A DNA stretch of 32,000 nucleotides, taken from an uncultured Candidatus Marinamargulisbacteria bacterium (lineage in GTDB: Bacteria; Margulisbacteria; Riflemargulisbacteria; GWF2-35-9; DYQY01). Both the position numbers and the translations under genes were made by a program. The stretch spans positions 35,581 to 67,580 of the forward strand of contig CAYSAQ010000007.1 in assembly GCA_964429235.1 (NCBI GenBank), given 5' to 3'. The first letter of the stretch is position 1. The number at the start of each line of letters is the position of its first letter. Shown here piece after piece: positions 1-8,659 of this stretch. Under the pieces are notes generated by a model. It was given only the letters and a program-made list of their open reading frames with translations, did not search any database and was not told the DNA's origin.

Positions 1-1
1 C

Positions 2-82
2 CTAGATAATAGCCAAAACATTAGTTTGGCGCATGTATTAGAGTCGTTTCATTTTAGAAGGAATCAAGTAGGAAATGCCTAG
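2..82 (+). CDS. possible 3' end of an upstream gene (partial), ...LDNSQNISLAHVLESFHFRRNQVGNA*
   Basis: Frame open from the window edge to TAG at 80-82, overlapping the start of the 75..677 ORF, as expected for a tightly packed operon. Confidence 0.3.
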   Translation, partial: LDNSQNISLAHVLESFHFRRNQVGNA

Positions 83-677
83 TTTGGATAGTGAAATAGT
101 TGTGCCAGTCCAAGGTAATATTAACCTCGAAGAACTCATTAAGTTTCGGCTATCAGAAAAACTTTCATTTGCACCAGAGTTATTCTGTTTCTCTTATAAA
201 AGAAAAGGCGAGCAGGCAATAGTTAGCTATAAGACAGATAGCGAAGAGAGCAGGATTGAGATTGTTAAGAGAGAGCAACGAAAGTGGCAACTGTCCTTGG
301 TGTGGGGTTTAGTTCTAATGTTTGCATTGCTAATATTAAATTTTCTTATATTATTTATTTCGAAAAACAATCAGCTACAGGCCATTGGCAATAATCAGTT
401 TATTAAAAATAATCAATATCATAACAAAAAAGATTTGAAGCGTTTAAAAACTATCAGGATGAATAATAAGAACAGATTTCGGCTAATAGAGTCTTTTTTG
501 TCTCAGCCAATCAATATTAATACTATTCGAATCACTACAAAAAACATATACGTAGATGGGTTTGTAGCTCAAGAATATATCCAAAAGTTTGGAGACTTTT
601 TATTAAAAGAAAATTTATTAAAAAGCACAAGTTTTAAGGAGGAAGGGGCGAATATATGGGTATTAATCAAAAGTTAA
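75..677 (+). CDS. single-pass membrane protein, possible type IV pilus/type II secretion assembly component
   Basis: 200-aa ORF with a cytoplasmic-looking N-terminus, one strong hydrophobic segment (LVWGLVLMFALLILNFLILFI) and a C-terminal domain; located two genes upstream of a secretin. Family assignment is contextual. Confidence 0.5.
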   Translation: MPSLDSEIVVPVQGNINLEELIKFRLSEKLSFAPELFCFSYKRKGEQAIVSYKTDSEESRIEIVKREQRKWQLSLVWGLVLMFALLILNFLILFISKNNQLQAIGNNQFIKNNQYHNKKDLKRLKTIRMNNKNRFRLIESFLSQPININTIRITTKNIYVDGFVAQEYIQKFGDFLLKENLLKSTSFKEEGANIWVLIKS

Positions 678-967
678 TTAATAATATGTTTTTCCTTATC
701 TTTTTTGTTTGCTCATTAACTGTAGCTAGTAACATTTCTAAATTATTAAAGACAGGTGTTTATTCGAATAGCGTAGTTGCATTTGCGGAGCAGGGGATAT
801 CCTTAAATTCTTGGAAGGAAATTGCAGACGGACAGCATGTAGTAGAGGAATTTTCTAATCAGCAATTTTATACACTAAAAGAATATATAAATACTGTACT
901 AGATAAGCGGTTGGTTTTATTTGAAGTTATTAGAGGGAGGGCTCGAGTTGTTTTTGAAACAGTGTAA
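656..967 (+). CDS. hypothetical small secreted/membrane protein in pilus/T2SS-like cluster
   Basis: 103-aa ORF overlapping its neighbours on both sides; hydrophobic N-terminus (MFFLIFFVCSLTVAS); ATG at 686 is a possible alternative start. Confidence 0.5.
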   Translation: MGINQKLINNMFFLIFFVCSLTVASNISKLLKTGVYSNSVVAFAEQGISLNSWKEIADGQHVVEEFSNQQFYTLKEYINTVLDKRLVLFEVIRGRARVVFETV

Positions 968-1883
968 GATTATTTTAATAATATTTGTTATGGGGCTAGG
1001 TTTGCCGACTAAAGCAGTATTTAATTATTCCAGTAGTGTGCCAGCTCAGAAAGGTACACAGGAACAGAGTTATAGTTTTGAGTATAATCATCTTAAAAAA
1101 GAAGAGATTGTTGATCTCGCGAGGAAGATATTTCCGGCTCTTAAAGTCTCTGTAAACGATGTGCGAAACAAGGTGTTTGTTTTTGGAAAGAAAGCAGATA
1201 TTAGACGCTTTAAAGTATTTGTTGAATCGATAGATAAGAACGCTCCATCTGTTTATTACAAAACTTGGTTGATAGAGGTAAATCACAATTCCTTAATGGG
1301 ACTAGGGATTAATTGGCAACAGTATAAAAATGGTCTTAAAGTTTCGAATCTTACTGATAAACAGAAGTTGTTTGATAGTATTAGTGGATTGGTAAGTAAG
1401 GGAGAGGCAAAGGTGTTAGCCAATCCAACCATTATTTGTTTGGATGAGGAAATGTCTACAATAAGGGTAGGAGATAGAATCCCGTATACAGTGCCAGTAG
1501 ATACAGCTTCAGACAAGATTAGCTGGGAGCTTAGATACATTGATGCTGGAGTGGATTTATCTATTAGGCCAAGCATCCAAGGTGATGGCGTGATACTTTC
1601 TAATATCAAGGTGAAGATAGAGAGTATCAAGCAGTGGAAGTCTACAATGGCAGGTGAATACCCAGTACTTTCAAGTAGAGAGATGAATTTAAAATGTAAG
1701 ATTAAAGATGGTGAAGAATTAGTTCTAGGTGGACTTATTAATTCTAGCAAACGCAAGAATGTAGCCTCTTTGCCAATACTTGGAAGCATTCCATTCATAG
1801 ATCATTTCTTTAATCAGACCACTATAGAGGAAGAAGATACAGAGATTATTTTCCTTCTATCTCCAGAGATAGTGAGCATATAA
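921..1883 (+). CDS. secretin family protein (type II/III secretion, PilQ/GspD-like), short form
   Basis: Secretin-like C-terminal region: KVLANPTIICLDEEMSTIRVGDRIPY...IRPSIQGDG...YPVLSSREMNLKCKIKDGEELVLGGLI...VASLPILGSIPFIDHFF...TEIIFLLSPEIV. True start may be downstream of 921. Confidence 0.88.
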   Translation: MKLLEGGLELFLKQCKIILIIFVMGLGLPTKAVFNYSSSVPAQKGTQEQSYSFEYNHLKKEEIVDLARKIFPALKVSVNDVRNKVFVFGKKADIRRFKVFVESIDKNAPSVYYKTWLIEVNHNSLMGLGINWQQYKNGLKVSNLTDKQKLFDSISGLVSKGEAKVLANPTIICLDEEMSTIRVGDRIPYTVPVDTASDKISWELRYIDAGVDLSIRPSIQGDGVILSNIKVKIESIKQWKSTMAGEYPVLSSREMNLKCKIKDGEELVLGGLINSSKRKNVASLPILGSIPFIDHFFNQTTIEEEDTEIIFLLSPEIVSI

Positions 1884-1926
1884 AAGTTTCGTAGGGATTT
1901 TTTTCTTTTGTTAACGATAAATTACG

Positions 1927-2532
1927 ATGAAAGCTAAAATAATTGCTTATAAAGAACATTCATTCATTGAAAACTCGATGAAAGAGTTTATTCAAAGATA
2001 TAATCTGAAGATTATTCATGCTCAGCCAGGTAAAATAGTTTATGAGATTTATTCAAAAAATGGCGAACCCCTAGTAGAAATAGCTCAAGATGGCAAAGCC
2101 ACAAGAGGATATGTCCAAATAAGTTTAGAAAATCAAACGGCGATATCTGTAGACGTATTTGAACCCAAAATAGCTATGCAAAAAAATAAAAAAAAGGGAG
2201 GTTCATCCGCCGCTTTTTATCTAGCTGTGTTTCATTTTGCTAAACAACATCATCTTCCAGATCAGTTTCCGGTTGAGCTATATTGTTACAGTAGTACTTT
2301 TGAAGATTTCTATGACAAAATGAAAGAATTCGGGTTTCAAGCTATTTCTGGATACACAGAATTCAATACTCGTAAGTATAGTGCTCCTTTGCCAGACTAT
2401 TTTAGAACATTTGATACAACTATGGTTGTCGATAGTAATAAAACAGCTGATATGCCAGAACCAATACCAGATAAACATCACAAGATTTCTACGTGGTTAG
2501 TTGATCATATTTTAAAAGGGCATCATAACTGA
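1927..2532 (+). CDS. conserved-looking hypothetical protein
   Basis: 201-aa ORF with no family recognised. Confidence 0.5.
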   Translation: MKAKIIAYKEHSFIENSMKEFIQRYNLKIIHAQPGKIVYEIYSKNGEPLVEIAQDGKATRGYVQISLENQTAISVDVFEPKIAMQKNKKKGGSSAAFYLAVFHFAKQHHLPDQFPVELYCYSSTFEDFYDKMKEFGFQAISGYTEFNTRKYSAPLPDYFRTFDTTMVVDSNKTADMPEPIPDKHHKISTWLVDHILKGHHN

Positions 2533-2653
2533 ACTTTGCCTGAAAAGTCGTAACATTAGTATGGGAATAACAGAGCTAAATAGCTTTCTGTTATATTTTG
2601 GTTATCTCTAGCGATAGCGAGTTTGTGATATCATCTGTTTATAGGAGATATTT

Positions 2654-3244
2654 ATGACGATAGTTTTACCAATAGCAATCTTTGCATTATCTATGTGTGG
2701 CACACCTGGCCCGAATAATATTATGCTTGCAGCTTCAGGTGCAAATTTTGGGTTTAGACGAACTATTATTCATATTATTGGGGTTCAAGTTGGGATGTTT
2801 CTGTTATTAACTTCAGGGGCTCTTGGTATTGGTTTATTGTTTGAGTTAATTCCAGCGTTACAAATTGTTTTGAAGATATTAGGCTCAGCGTATATGCTAT
2901 ATCTTGCTTGGAGAATAATTGCTTCTAAGAGAGCAGGCGAGACAGAAGAAAAGGGCAGACCGTTTACATTGCTAGAAGCCGCTGCATTTCAGTTTATTAA
3001 TCCAAAAGGCCTAGTGATTGCTGTTACTACTATAAGCACACTAACCAAACCAGGAGATGCTTATGTTGGGTCTGTAATAATGTTGATATGCGTGTTTGCA
3101 GTTGTTGGCTCTTTTACTGCTAGTTCATGGGCAGCGTTTGGTACCGTTATTGCTAGGTTTTTAAAGAAGGATTTTTTCTTTAAGCTGTTTAATTGTATTA
3201 TGAGTGGCTTGCTAGTGCTATCTATTTTGTTTATTTTACTTTAA
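2654..3244 (+). CDS. LysE/RhtB family amino-acid exporter
   Basis: Hydrophobic protein with the LysE family start GTPGPNNIMLAASGANFGFRR and a QFINPKG motif; preceded by AGGAG. Confidence 0.85.
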   Translation: MTIVLPIAIFALSMCGTPGPNNIMLAASGANFGFRRTIIHIIGVQVGMFLLLTSGALGIGLLFELIPALQIVLKILGSAYMLYLAWRIIASKRAGETEEKGRPFTLLEAAAFQFINPKGLVIAVTTISTLTKPGDAYVGSVIMLICVFAVVGSFTASSWAAFGTVIARFLKKDFFFKLFNCIMSGLLVLSILFILL

Positions 3245-3860
3245 ATCGTAGAATAGTTTTAAGCTTTTCAGGGCTAACTTTTCGGACATCAGATAGATAT
3301 ATTTCTCTATGTTTTTTGGAAAGTCTAGTTATTTTGTTCTCACTGCAATATTCTTCCATCTTCTTAAAGCTTACAGCCTCGTTATCATAGGGGCCAAGGT
3401 GTAGCATTTGAACACATTTACCCTCAGTAATCTCTCCAAATTCAACTTTATCTAATAACACATGTGGTTTTTTCTTTTTTGTTCTTTCTATAACTTCTGC
3501 TGCATACTCAGCAGTTACAAAATCAGGCTGGCGTATCATCAGGTTATAGACTAGAGTGTCTTTATTAATTATTCCTGTGTCGTTATAGTATTTTTTTGCT
3601 TCATCAGTGATATCCCATACTCCCTCAAGTGGATAAACCGTATATTCATAAAAATCTTTTGGAGGAGTGCCGCCTTTATGAGACATTCTTATTGCATATG
3701 AGAGTGCATAAAGAACTCCGATGTATTCACCAAAGTTTTCGTTGTTTGGGTTGCCTTCGCCTTCAATCATAAAATAGTTAAAAGATGGGATCGTTATTTG
3801 AGTAGGTTTGTTTTTAGGTAAGTACAGTTCCTTCTCGCTCTTTCTCCATTCGTATTTCAT
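3231..3860 (-). CDS. GyrI-like small-molecule-binding domain protein
   Basis: MKYEWRKSEKELYLPKNKPTQITIPSFNYFMIEGEGNPN...GKCVQMLHLGPYDNE... resembles the GyrI-like family. ATG at 3860 is preceded on the minus strand by AAAGGAG; the ORF track extends further upstream to 3917. Confidence 0.75.
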   Translation of the reverse strand: MKYEWRKSEKELYLPKNKPTQITIPSFNYFMIEGEGNPNNENFGEYIGVLYALSYAIRMSHKGGTPPKDFYEYTVYPLEGVWDITDEAKKYYNDTGIINKDTLVYNLMIRQPDFVTAEYAAEVIERTKKKKPHVLLDKVEFGEITEGKCVQMLHLGPYDNEAVSFKKMEEYCSENKITRLSKKHREIYLSDVRKVSPEKLKTILRFKVK

Positions 3861-3873
3861 AAGCACTCCTTTG

Positions 3874-4050
3874 TTAGTGATTGTTACGTGCTCGGTCTCC
3901 GTTATATCCATTATCATAATCTAAATCTTCAAATAATTTTCCATTCTCTCCATGTTTTTCAGCTGAAAGATTCCTTGCAGAAGACATTATCTTTTTATAG
4001 ATATCAGATTCTTTTTTAGGTTCTTTATTTGATTCGTTTTCTTGTTTCAT
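3874..4050 (-). CDS. small ORF (58 aa) upstream of the GyrI-like gene
   Basis: Minus-strand reading MKQENESNKEPKKESDIYKKIMSSARNLSAEKHGENGKLFEDLDYDNGYNGDRARNNH*, ending 13 nt before the GyrI-like ATG. Not in the supplied ORF track. Confidence 0.4.
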   Translation of the reverse strand: MKQENESNKEPKKESDIYKKIMSSARNLSAEKHGENGKLFEDLDYDNGYNGDRARNNH

Positions 4051-4073
4051 AGTTTTTATTATATATCGAAATA

Positions 4074-4120
4074 GCCCCCTTTATCAAAGGGGGTGGCTGC
4101 TTAAAGCAGACGGGGGATTA
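4074..4120 (+). repeat. dispersed double-hairpin palindromic repeat, copy A
   Basis: GCCCCCTTTATCAAAGGGGGTGGCTGCTTAAAGCAGACGGGGGATTA: 8-bp stem, second 5-bp stem CTGCT/AGCAG, then GGGGGATTA. Same layout as 9417..9463. Confidence 0.75.
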
Positions 4121-4123
4121 TTT

Positions 4124-4906
4124 CTACCTAATCCACTTCAATACCGGAAAATTCTTTCTATAAGCATCTAAGAAGTCTAGATCTACATATGCAGAAACAA
4201 CACCTTCTTTATCATATCCAGAAGAAAGTATCTCACCATGCGGATCAATTATCATAGAGTCCCCAAAGTAAGTTAGATCTTCAGAAGCTGAACCGATACG
4301 GTTAGCGGCTACAACATATACTTGGTTCTCTATCGCTCTAGCTTTTAGTAGCGATATCCAATGGTCTCTTCTTGGGTTTGGAAACTGAGCAACAACAAAT
4401 AGTATTTGCATGCCTTGCTTGGTAAGTATTCTCATGTTTTCTGGGAATCTTATATCGAAACATATCTGAATGCCTATTTGTGCTAATCCTGTTCTAAAGA
4501 TAGATGGAGACTTTCCTGGGCTCATATGTGTCATTTCTTCGTTTTGAAAGAAGATATGATTCTTATCATAATAGCCAATTACAGCACCTTCATTTGAGAT
4601 TAGGTATGATCTATTATAGAACTTGTCATCTTTGCTGCTCTTTATTGGTAGCGATCCAGCAACTATATAAAAGTCATATTTTAGAGCAATTTGTTGTAAG
4701 TATTTTAGTATTTCCATTGAGTGTTTTGAGAACTCAGGAAAACGATCATAGTTAAACGAAGTGGCAAACATCTCTGGCAAAACAACAAACTTAGATTTTC
4801 TTCCAGCAGCAATGCCGAAAAGTTTTTCTATTACTTTGAAGTTTTCCATTGGTTCGTCAAGAACGTCATATTGTAATACCGATACTTGGAAGCGTTTCAT
4901 ATTCAT
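4124..4906 (-). CDS. carbon-nitrogen hydrolase (nitrilase superfamily, omega-amidase-like)
   Basis: Apparent Glu-Lys-Cys catalytic triad: VVLPEMFATSF, GYYDKNHIF, QICFDIRFPE; followed by LLKARAIENQVYVVAANR. Confidence 0.9.
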   Translation of the reverse strand: MNMKRFQVSVLQYDVLDEPMENFKVIEKLFGIAAGRKSKFVVLPEMFATSFNYDRFPEFSKHSMEILKYLQQIALKYDFYIVAGSLPIKSSKDDKFYNRSYLISNEGAVIGYYDKNHIFFQNEEMTHMSPGKSPSIFRTGLAQIGIQICFDIRFPENMRILTKQGMQILFVVAQFPNPRRDHWISLLKARAIENQVYVVAANRIGSASEDLTYFGDSMIIDPHGEILSSGYDKEGVVSAYVDLDFLDAYRKNFPVLKWIR

Positions 4907-4943
4907 GATTTTAAAACAGAAACAGTTAAAAGTGAAATGTAGA

Positions 4944-5594
4944 TTATTTTATAATGATGTTTTTTATCTGGTCTCTGATAACTTTTTGTTGAGTTTCGAT
5001 TGGTTTTAGAGCATCAACTGTTGAAAAATTATATAATTTAGACATTAATTCATATTGCTCATATAGTTGTGCTTGGTATTTTTTTATTGAAATAGTCGTA
5101 TTAGCACTTAGCCCAATATCCATGCCACTGTCATAGAAATCATTTTCTTTTTCTTCTTGAGTCATTCTTCCAAGTGCTTCCTCTAAAGGAATCTTAAAGT
5201 GTAGTACTAAGTCCGGCTCTATCGCAAAATCATATATTTTATGAACCCAGCTTTTGTCTTGTCCTCTTAGATAATCTTTCGCTAAAGAAGTGTATACATA
5301 TTTGTTAAATAGAACGATAAACCCTGATTTTAATGCTGGGATTACTTGTCTATACATTAAGTCACTAAAGTCAGCAGCATGTATTAAACTATAGGTTATA
5401 GGTATTAACTGTCGCTCTTCTTTTGCAGTTTCAATTGTTTTAGAAACTAGCGGAGAGTTTTTTCTTTTTAAAAGAGTAGTTCCGTATCCTTCTATTTCTA
5501 GCCAATTTTTTAGAAGGCTTAGCTGCGTTCCTTTGCCACTACCATCTAGTCCTTCTGCTGCTATAAGTTTTCCAGGGTAGGTATTTTTCTTCAT
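4944..5594 (-). CDS. thymidylate kinase-like P-loop kinase, paralogue 1 with altered DRY motif
   Basis: P-loop AAEGLDGSGKGTQLSLLKNWL; colinear with the adjacent paralogue; NKYVYTS where the paralogue has DRYAYTA. ATG overlaps the upstream gene's stop (TAATG). Confidence 0.75.
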   Translation of the reverse strand: MKKNTYPGKLIAAEGLDGSGKGTQLSLLKNWLEIEGYGTTLLKRKNSPLVSKTIETAKEERQLIPITYSLIHAADFSDLMYRQVIPALKSGFIVLFNKYVYTSLAKDYLRGQDKSWVHKIYDFAIEPDLVLHFKIPLEEALGRMTQEEKENDFYDSGMDIGLSANTTISIKKYQAQLYEQYELMSKLYNFSTVDALKPIETQQKVIRDQIKNIIIK

Positions 5595-6406
5595 TATTTA
5601 AATTTCCTTGTAAGTAATTGTTGAACTTTTTCTCTAAATATAACTTGTTTATCATGAATGCCTAGCATTCCATCAACAACAGTCAGCCCAAATTCTTTGA
5701 TCATTTTTTCATATTCTAAAATTACTTTTGATTGAAATAATAGGTAGCTTTTATATGGGTCACTGCTAAGCTTCATATCCATTCCAGCTTCATAGTATTT
5801 TGGTTTTCTTGTTTGAGTGATTCTGTCTAAGCTAACTTCTACAGGAACTCGGAAATAGAATGCTGCATCTGGTTTTGTAGAAAATGAATATACATTTCTT
5901 AACCACTCAGGGTCACAGTCTCTTGCAAAGTCTCTTGATAATGCTGTGTATGCATATCTGTCAGCAAGTACAACATGTCCAGATTTTAAAGCAGGGATAA
6001 TTGTTTTATGTAGCCTGTCAGCAAAATCAGTAGCATGTAGCAAACTGAACGTAGTGTTGTTTAGCAAATTCTTTTTTTTGCCTTTTTTAATAGTCGAAGC
6101 GACAAGCTCGGAGGAGTTCCATTCTGTTAGTACTACCGGGTACCCTTCTGCTATTAACCATTTTTTTAATAAGTGTAGCTGGGTAGACTTCCCAGAACCA
6201 TCAGTGCCTTCTACTACAATAAGGCAACCTTTATAAGAATGATCTATATTCAGATGACTCTCAATATTTGTTTCTAGAAATTCGGCGTTATTTTTTAAGT
6301 TTTTATTTTTAAAGAACATGGTTGTCTTGCTTCTAATATCTGCCTTTGCTATACTATAGCATAAGTTTATTTCGGTTGAAAGGCAGTTGAAAAATAGCGT
6401 GAACAT
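5594..6406 (-). CDS. thymidylate kinase-like P-loop kinase, paralogue 2
   Basis: VVEGTDGSGKSTQLHLLKKWLIAEG...GHVVLADRYAYTALSRDFARDCDPEW. The track ORF start at 6406 is probably too early; the MFFKNKN start (around 6319) looks more likely. Confidence 0.8.
   Translation of the reverse strand: MFTLFFNCLSTEINLCYSIAKADIRSKTTMFFKNKNLKNNAEFLETNIESHLNIDHSYKGCLIVVEGTDGSGKSTQLHLLKKWLIAEGYPVVLTEWNSSELVASTIKKGKKKNLLNNTTFSLLHATDFADRLHKTIIPALKSGHVVLADRYAYTALSRDFARDCDPEWLRNVYSFSTKPDAAFYFRVPVEVSLDRITQTRKPKYYEAGMDMKLSSDPYKSYLLFQSKVILEYEKMIKEFGLTVVDGMLGIHDKQVIFREKVQQLLTRKFK
6327..6355 (+). promoter_or_regulatory. candidate sigma-70 type promoter for the 6387 ORF
   Basis: TTGCTT (6327-6332) - 17 nt - TATACT (6350-6355). 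Confidence 0.4.
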
Positions 6407-6797
6407 TCAAGGTAATCCAGCTCAGTATTCAAATATAATCAATAACTCACTCTATAATGCAGTGTCTGGCGCAAAAGAAAACCCTGCTGCCCAGCAAGTT
6501 ACAGCTGAACAAATATTTAATAGATTCTTTAAAGGCGTTAAGTCTAAGGATGAATTTAAGAAGAAAATTAAGAAAACATTAACAGGTATTAATCAAAACC
6601 TATCTGATGATGATATTGATGATATTTTAGGCTCGTTAGAAGCAGAAGAACAACCGCCATTTTGTGCTTCATATAGCGAAGAAGGTGTTAGCGAAGGAAT
6701 GAACCTTCAAGATAACCTTACAAGGGCTGATATCTATGACGTTATGTTAATGTTCTATCAGGACATTTATGGCGAAGCTGCAAAAAAAATAGGCTAA
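6387..6797 (+). CDS. hypothetical protein, acidic C-terminus
   Basis: 136-aa ORF; TTG start at 6387 preceded by AAAGG, or GTG at 6399. Confidence 0.5.
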   Translation: MKNSVNIQGNPAQYSNIINNSLYNAVSGAKENPAAQQVTAEQIFNRFFKGVKSKDEFKKKIKKTLTGINQNLSDDDIDDILGSLEAEEQPPFCASYSEEGVSEGMNLQDNLTRADIYDVMLMFYQDIYGEAAKKIG

Positions 6798-6863
6798 AAT
6801 AATTCTATATAATCTGGTTTCTGTTTTTTCAATATGTTAATATATAAGGGCAACGTTTGGAAA

Positions 6864-6904
6864 GAAGCCCTCGGTTTCCCCACCCCCTGTATGGCGAGGG
6901 CTTC
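6864..6904. repeat. perfect 10-bp inverted repeat with 21-nt loop
   Basis: GAAGCCCTCG (6864-6873) and CGAGGGCTTC (6895-6904). Confidence 0.6.
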
Positions 6905-6931
6905 AGTCAAAATTTTAGTAGGTACCCAACG

Positions 6932-7672
6932 ATGAAAAAAATCTCTATTAAAAACTTAAAATTTTCTTTAGACGGCAATCAAATACTTGATGATGTTAAT
7001 GTTGAGTTTGTTGAAAACAACTTGTATTTGATAGTAGGAAGAAACGGTAGTGGGAAGTCTACTTTTTTGAAGATTTTAAATAAGCAACTTACGGCTACTT
7101 CCGGCGAGATAGTAATAAATGGAAGAGATATAAACGAATATTCTAACAAAGAGCTAGTATCCAAGATTGCATATCTTCCTCAAAAAATAACATTTAATGC
7201 TCCTTATCTAGTGCGCGAGTTGTTGGAGATGTCTATGTATTCAAGTGAATTTGTTTCAGAAGATATTATTAAAAAATCTATAAAAGAATTCCAATTAGAA
7301 AAACTTATCAACAAGCCTATTACTAGGTTAAGTGGAGGAGAAATTCAGCGAGTTTTATTGGCTTCTACATATTTGGTTGGCGGCAAGTTTATTCTATTAG
7401 ATGAACCATTTAGTTTCTTAGACCCAGGGCAGCGAGATTTAATTTTCAGGCAGATAAAATCTTTGCATGAGCAGAATGTGCGGACTTTTATTTTGGTGGT
7501 TAATAGCTTAGAAGAGATTTTTATGTTTAAGGATTTAGATCGAGTAAATATTCTAACTCTAGATAATCAGAGGTTTAACCACTATGAGTCAATGGATAAG
7601 AGTTTCATTAAAGCTTTGTCCGAATTGTTTAATATTTCCTTAACGAAGGAAGGTGCTATTGATGAAAAATAG
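6932..7672 (+). CDS. ABC transporter ATP-binding protein (FepC/BtuD/ZnuC-like)
   Basis: Walker A GRNGSGKST, signature LSGGEIQR, Walker B YLVGGKFILLDEPF. Start at ATG 6932 rather than the track start at 6857, which would translate through the 6864-6904 hairpin. Confidence 0.9.
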   Translation: MKKISIKNLKFSLDGNQILDDVNVEFVENNLYLIVGRNGSGKSTFLKILNKQLTATSGEIVINGRDINEYSNKELVSKIAYLPQKITFNAPYLVRELLEMSMYSSEFVSEDIIKKSIKEFQLEKLINKPITRLSGGEIQRVLLASTYLVGGKFILLDEPFSFLDPGQRDLIFRQIKSLHEQNVRTFILVVNSLEEIFMFKDLDRVNILTLDNQRFNHYESMDKSFIKALSELFNISLTKEGAIDEK

Positions 7673-8627
7673 AACACTTTTTGTATTTGGTGCTGTTTTG
7701 TTGATTCTTTTCTTGTCACCATTTTTAGGGGAGCAGTTTATCGGAATTGATGCCCTGTTACATAATGATCAAGCAGCGTATATATTTATTAATTATAGAA
7801 TCCCTAGAGTTCTTTTAGCCTTCTTGGCAGGAGCTGGATTGTCAGTAGCTGGTTTGATCTTTCAATCTCTGTTTTGTAATGTATTGGCAACTCCATATAC
7901 TTTGGGAATATCTACGGCAGCTTCTTTTGGGGCTTTGCTCGCTATGGCAACAGGCGTTAGCTTTAGTATTGGCATTTTTGATCAGACAGTCTTATTTGCA
8001 ATAGTTTTTGCGAGTATTTCAATGGGATTTATTTATTTGGTAAGCAGAAAATATGCAGAAGGTCGAATGTCTGATGTGTTGTTAATAGGAGTTGCTTTAA
8101 ACTTCTTATTTTCTAGCTTAATAATGTTGATACAGTTTAGATTAGATTACCTTAATGCGTTTAAGTTTATGCATTGGTTGTTTGGGAGCATTCGCAATGT
8201 TTCATTTGAAGTTGTAATATTTGAAGCCATTATTTTAGTTATTGCTTTGAGTTTTGTGTTTTTGTTAAGAAAAGAGTTAGACCTGCTTAGTTTAGGAGAA
8301 GAATTTGCTCAGAGCAGAGGAGTGAATGTTTTATATGTAAGATGGGTGCTGATTTTGGTGGGTTCTTTGACAGTAGGTTCAGTTGTGTCATTTTTTGGGC
8401 CGGTTGCTTTTGTTGGATTGATTGTTCCAAATATTTCAAGGATGGTAGTTGGGGTTGTTCATAAGCGATTAGTAGTAGCTACTGTATTTATTGGCGGAAG
8501 CCTGCTTGTTTTTGCAGATGTTTTATCAAGAGTATTATTTTCTCCAGTTGAGTTGCCTGTTGGTATTTTCACTTCATTTATTGGAGCAGGAGCATTCTTT
8601 TTTCTAGTATTGGCGAGAAGACGTTGA
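7653..8627 (+). CDS. FecCD/BtuC-family ABC transporter permease
   Basis: YIFINYRIPRVLLAFLAGAGLSVAGLIFQSLFCNVLATPYTLGISTAASFGALLA and SVVSFFGPVAFVGLIVPNISRMVVG; overlaps the ATPase gene. Confidence 0.93.
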   Translation: MLLMKNRTLFVFGAVLLILFLSPFLGEQFIGIDALLHNDQAAYIFINYRIPRVLLAFLAGAGLSVAGLIFQSLFCNVLATPYTLGISTAASFGALLAMATGVSFSIGIFDQTVLFAIVFASISMGFIYLVSRKYAEGRMSDVLLIGVALNFLFSSLIMLIQFRLDYLNAFKFMHWLFGSIRNVSFEVVIFEAIILVIALSFVFLLRKELDLLSLGEEFAQSRGVNVLYVRWVLILVGSLTVGSVVSFFGPVAFVGLIVPNISRMVVGVVHKRLVVATVFIGGSLLVFADVLSRVLFSPVELPVGIFTSFIGAGAFFFLVLARRR

Positions 8628-8659
8628 TGCAAAAGCTTTTTTTTAATACAATATAAGTC

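Noticed and set aside
1283-1798. 171-aa minus-strand ORF
   Set aside because: Shadow of the secretin core.
1878-1921. Possible sigma-28 promoter (AAAAGTTT ... AACGATAA) before the 1927 ORF
   Set aside because: The two boxes are over 20 nt apart instead of 11, so the spacing is wrong.
4074-4120. Repeat copy A as a simple rho-independent terminator
   Set aside because: No T-tract follows the stem and the same layout recurs at 9350-9463, so a dispersed repeat explains it better, though it may also affect termination.
6857-6931. N-terminal extension of the ABC ATPase (MERSPRFPHPLYGEGFSQNF...)
   Set aside because: Encoded by the 6864-6904 inverted repeat; the ABC domain starts at MKKISIKNLKF.
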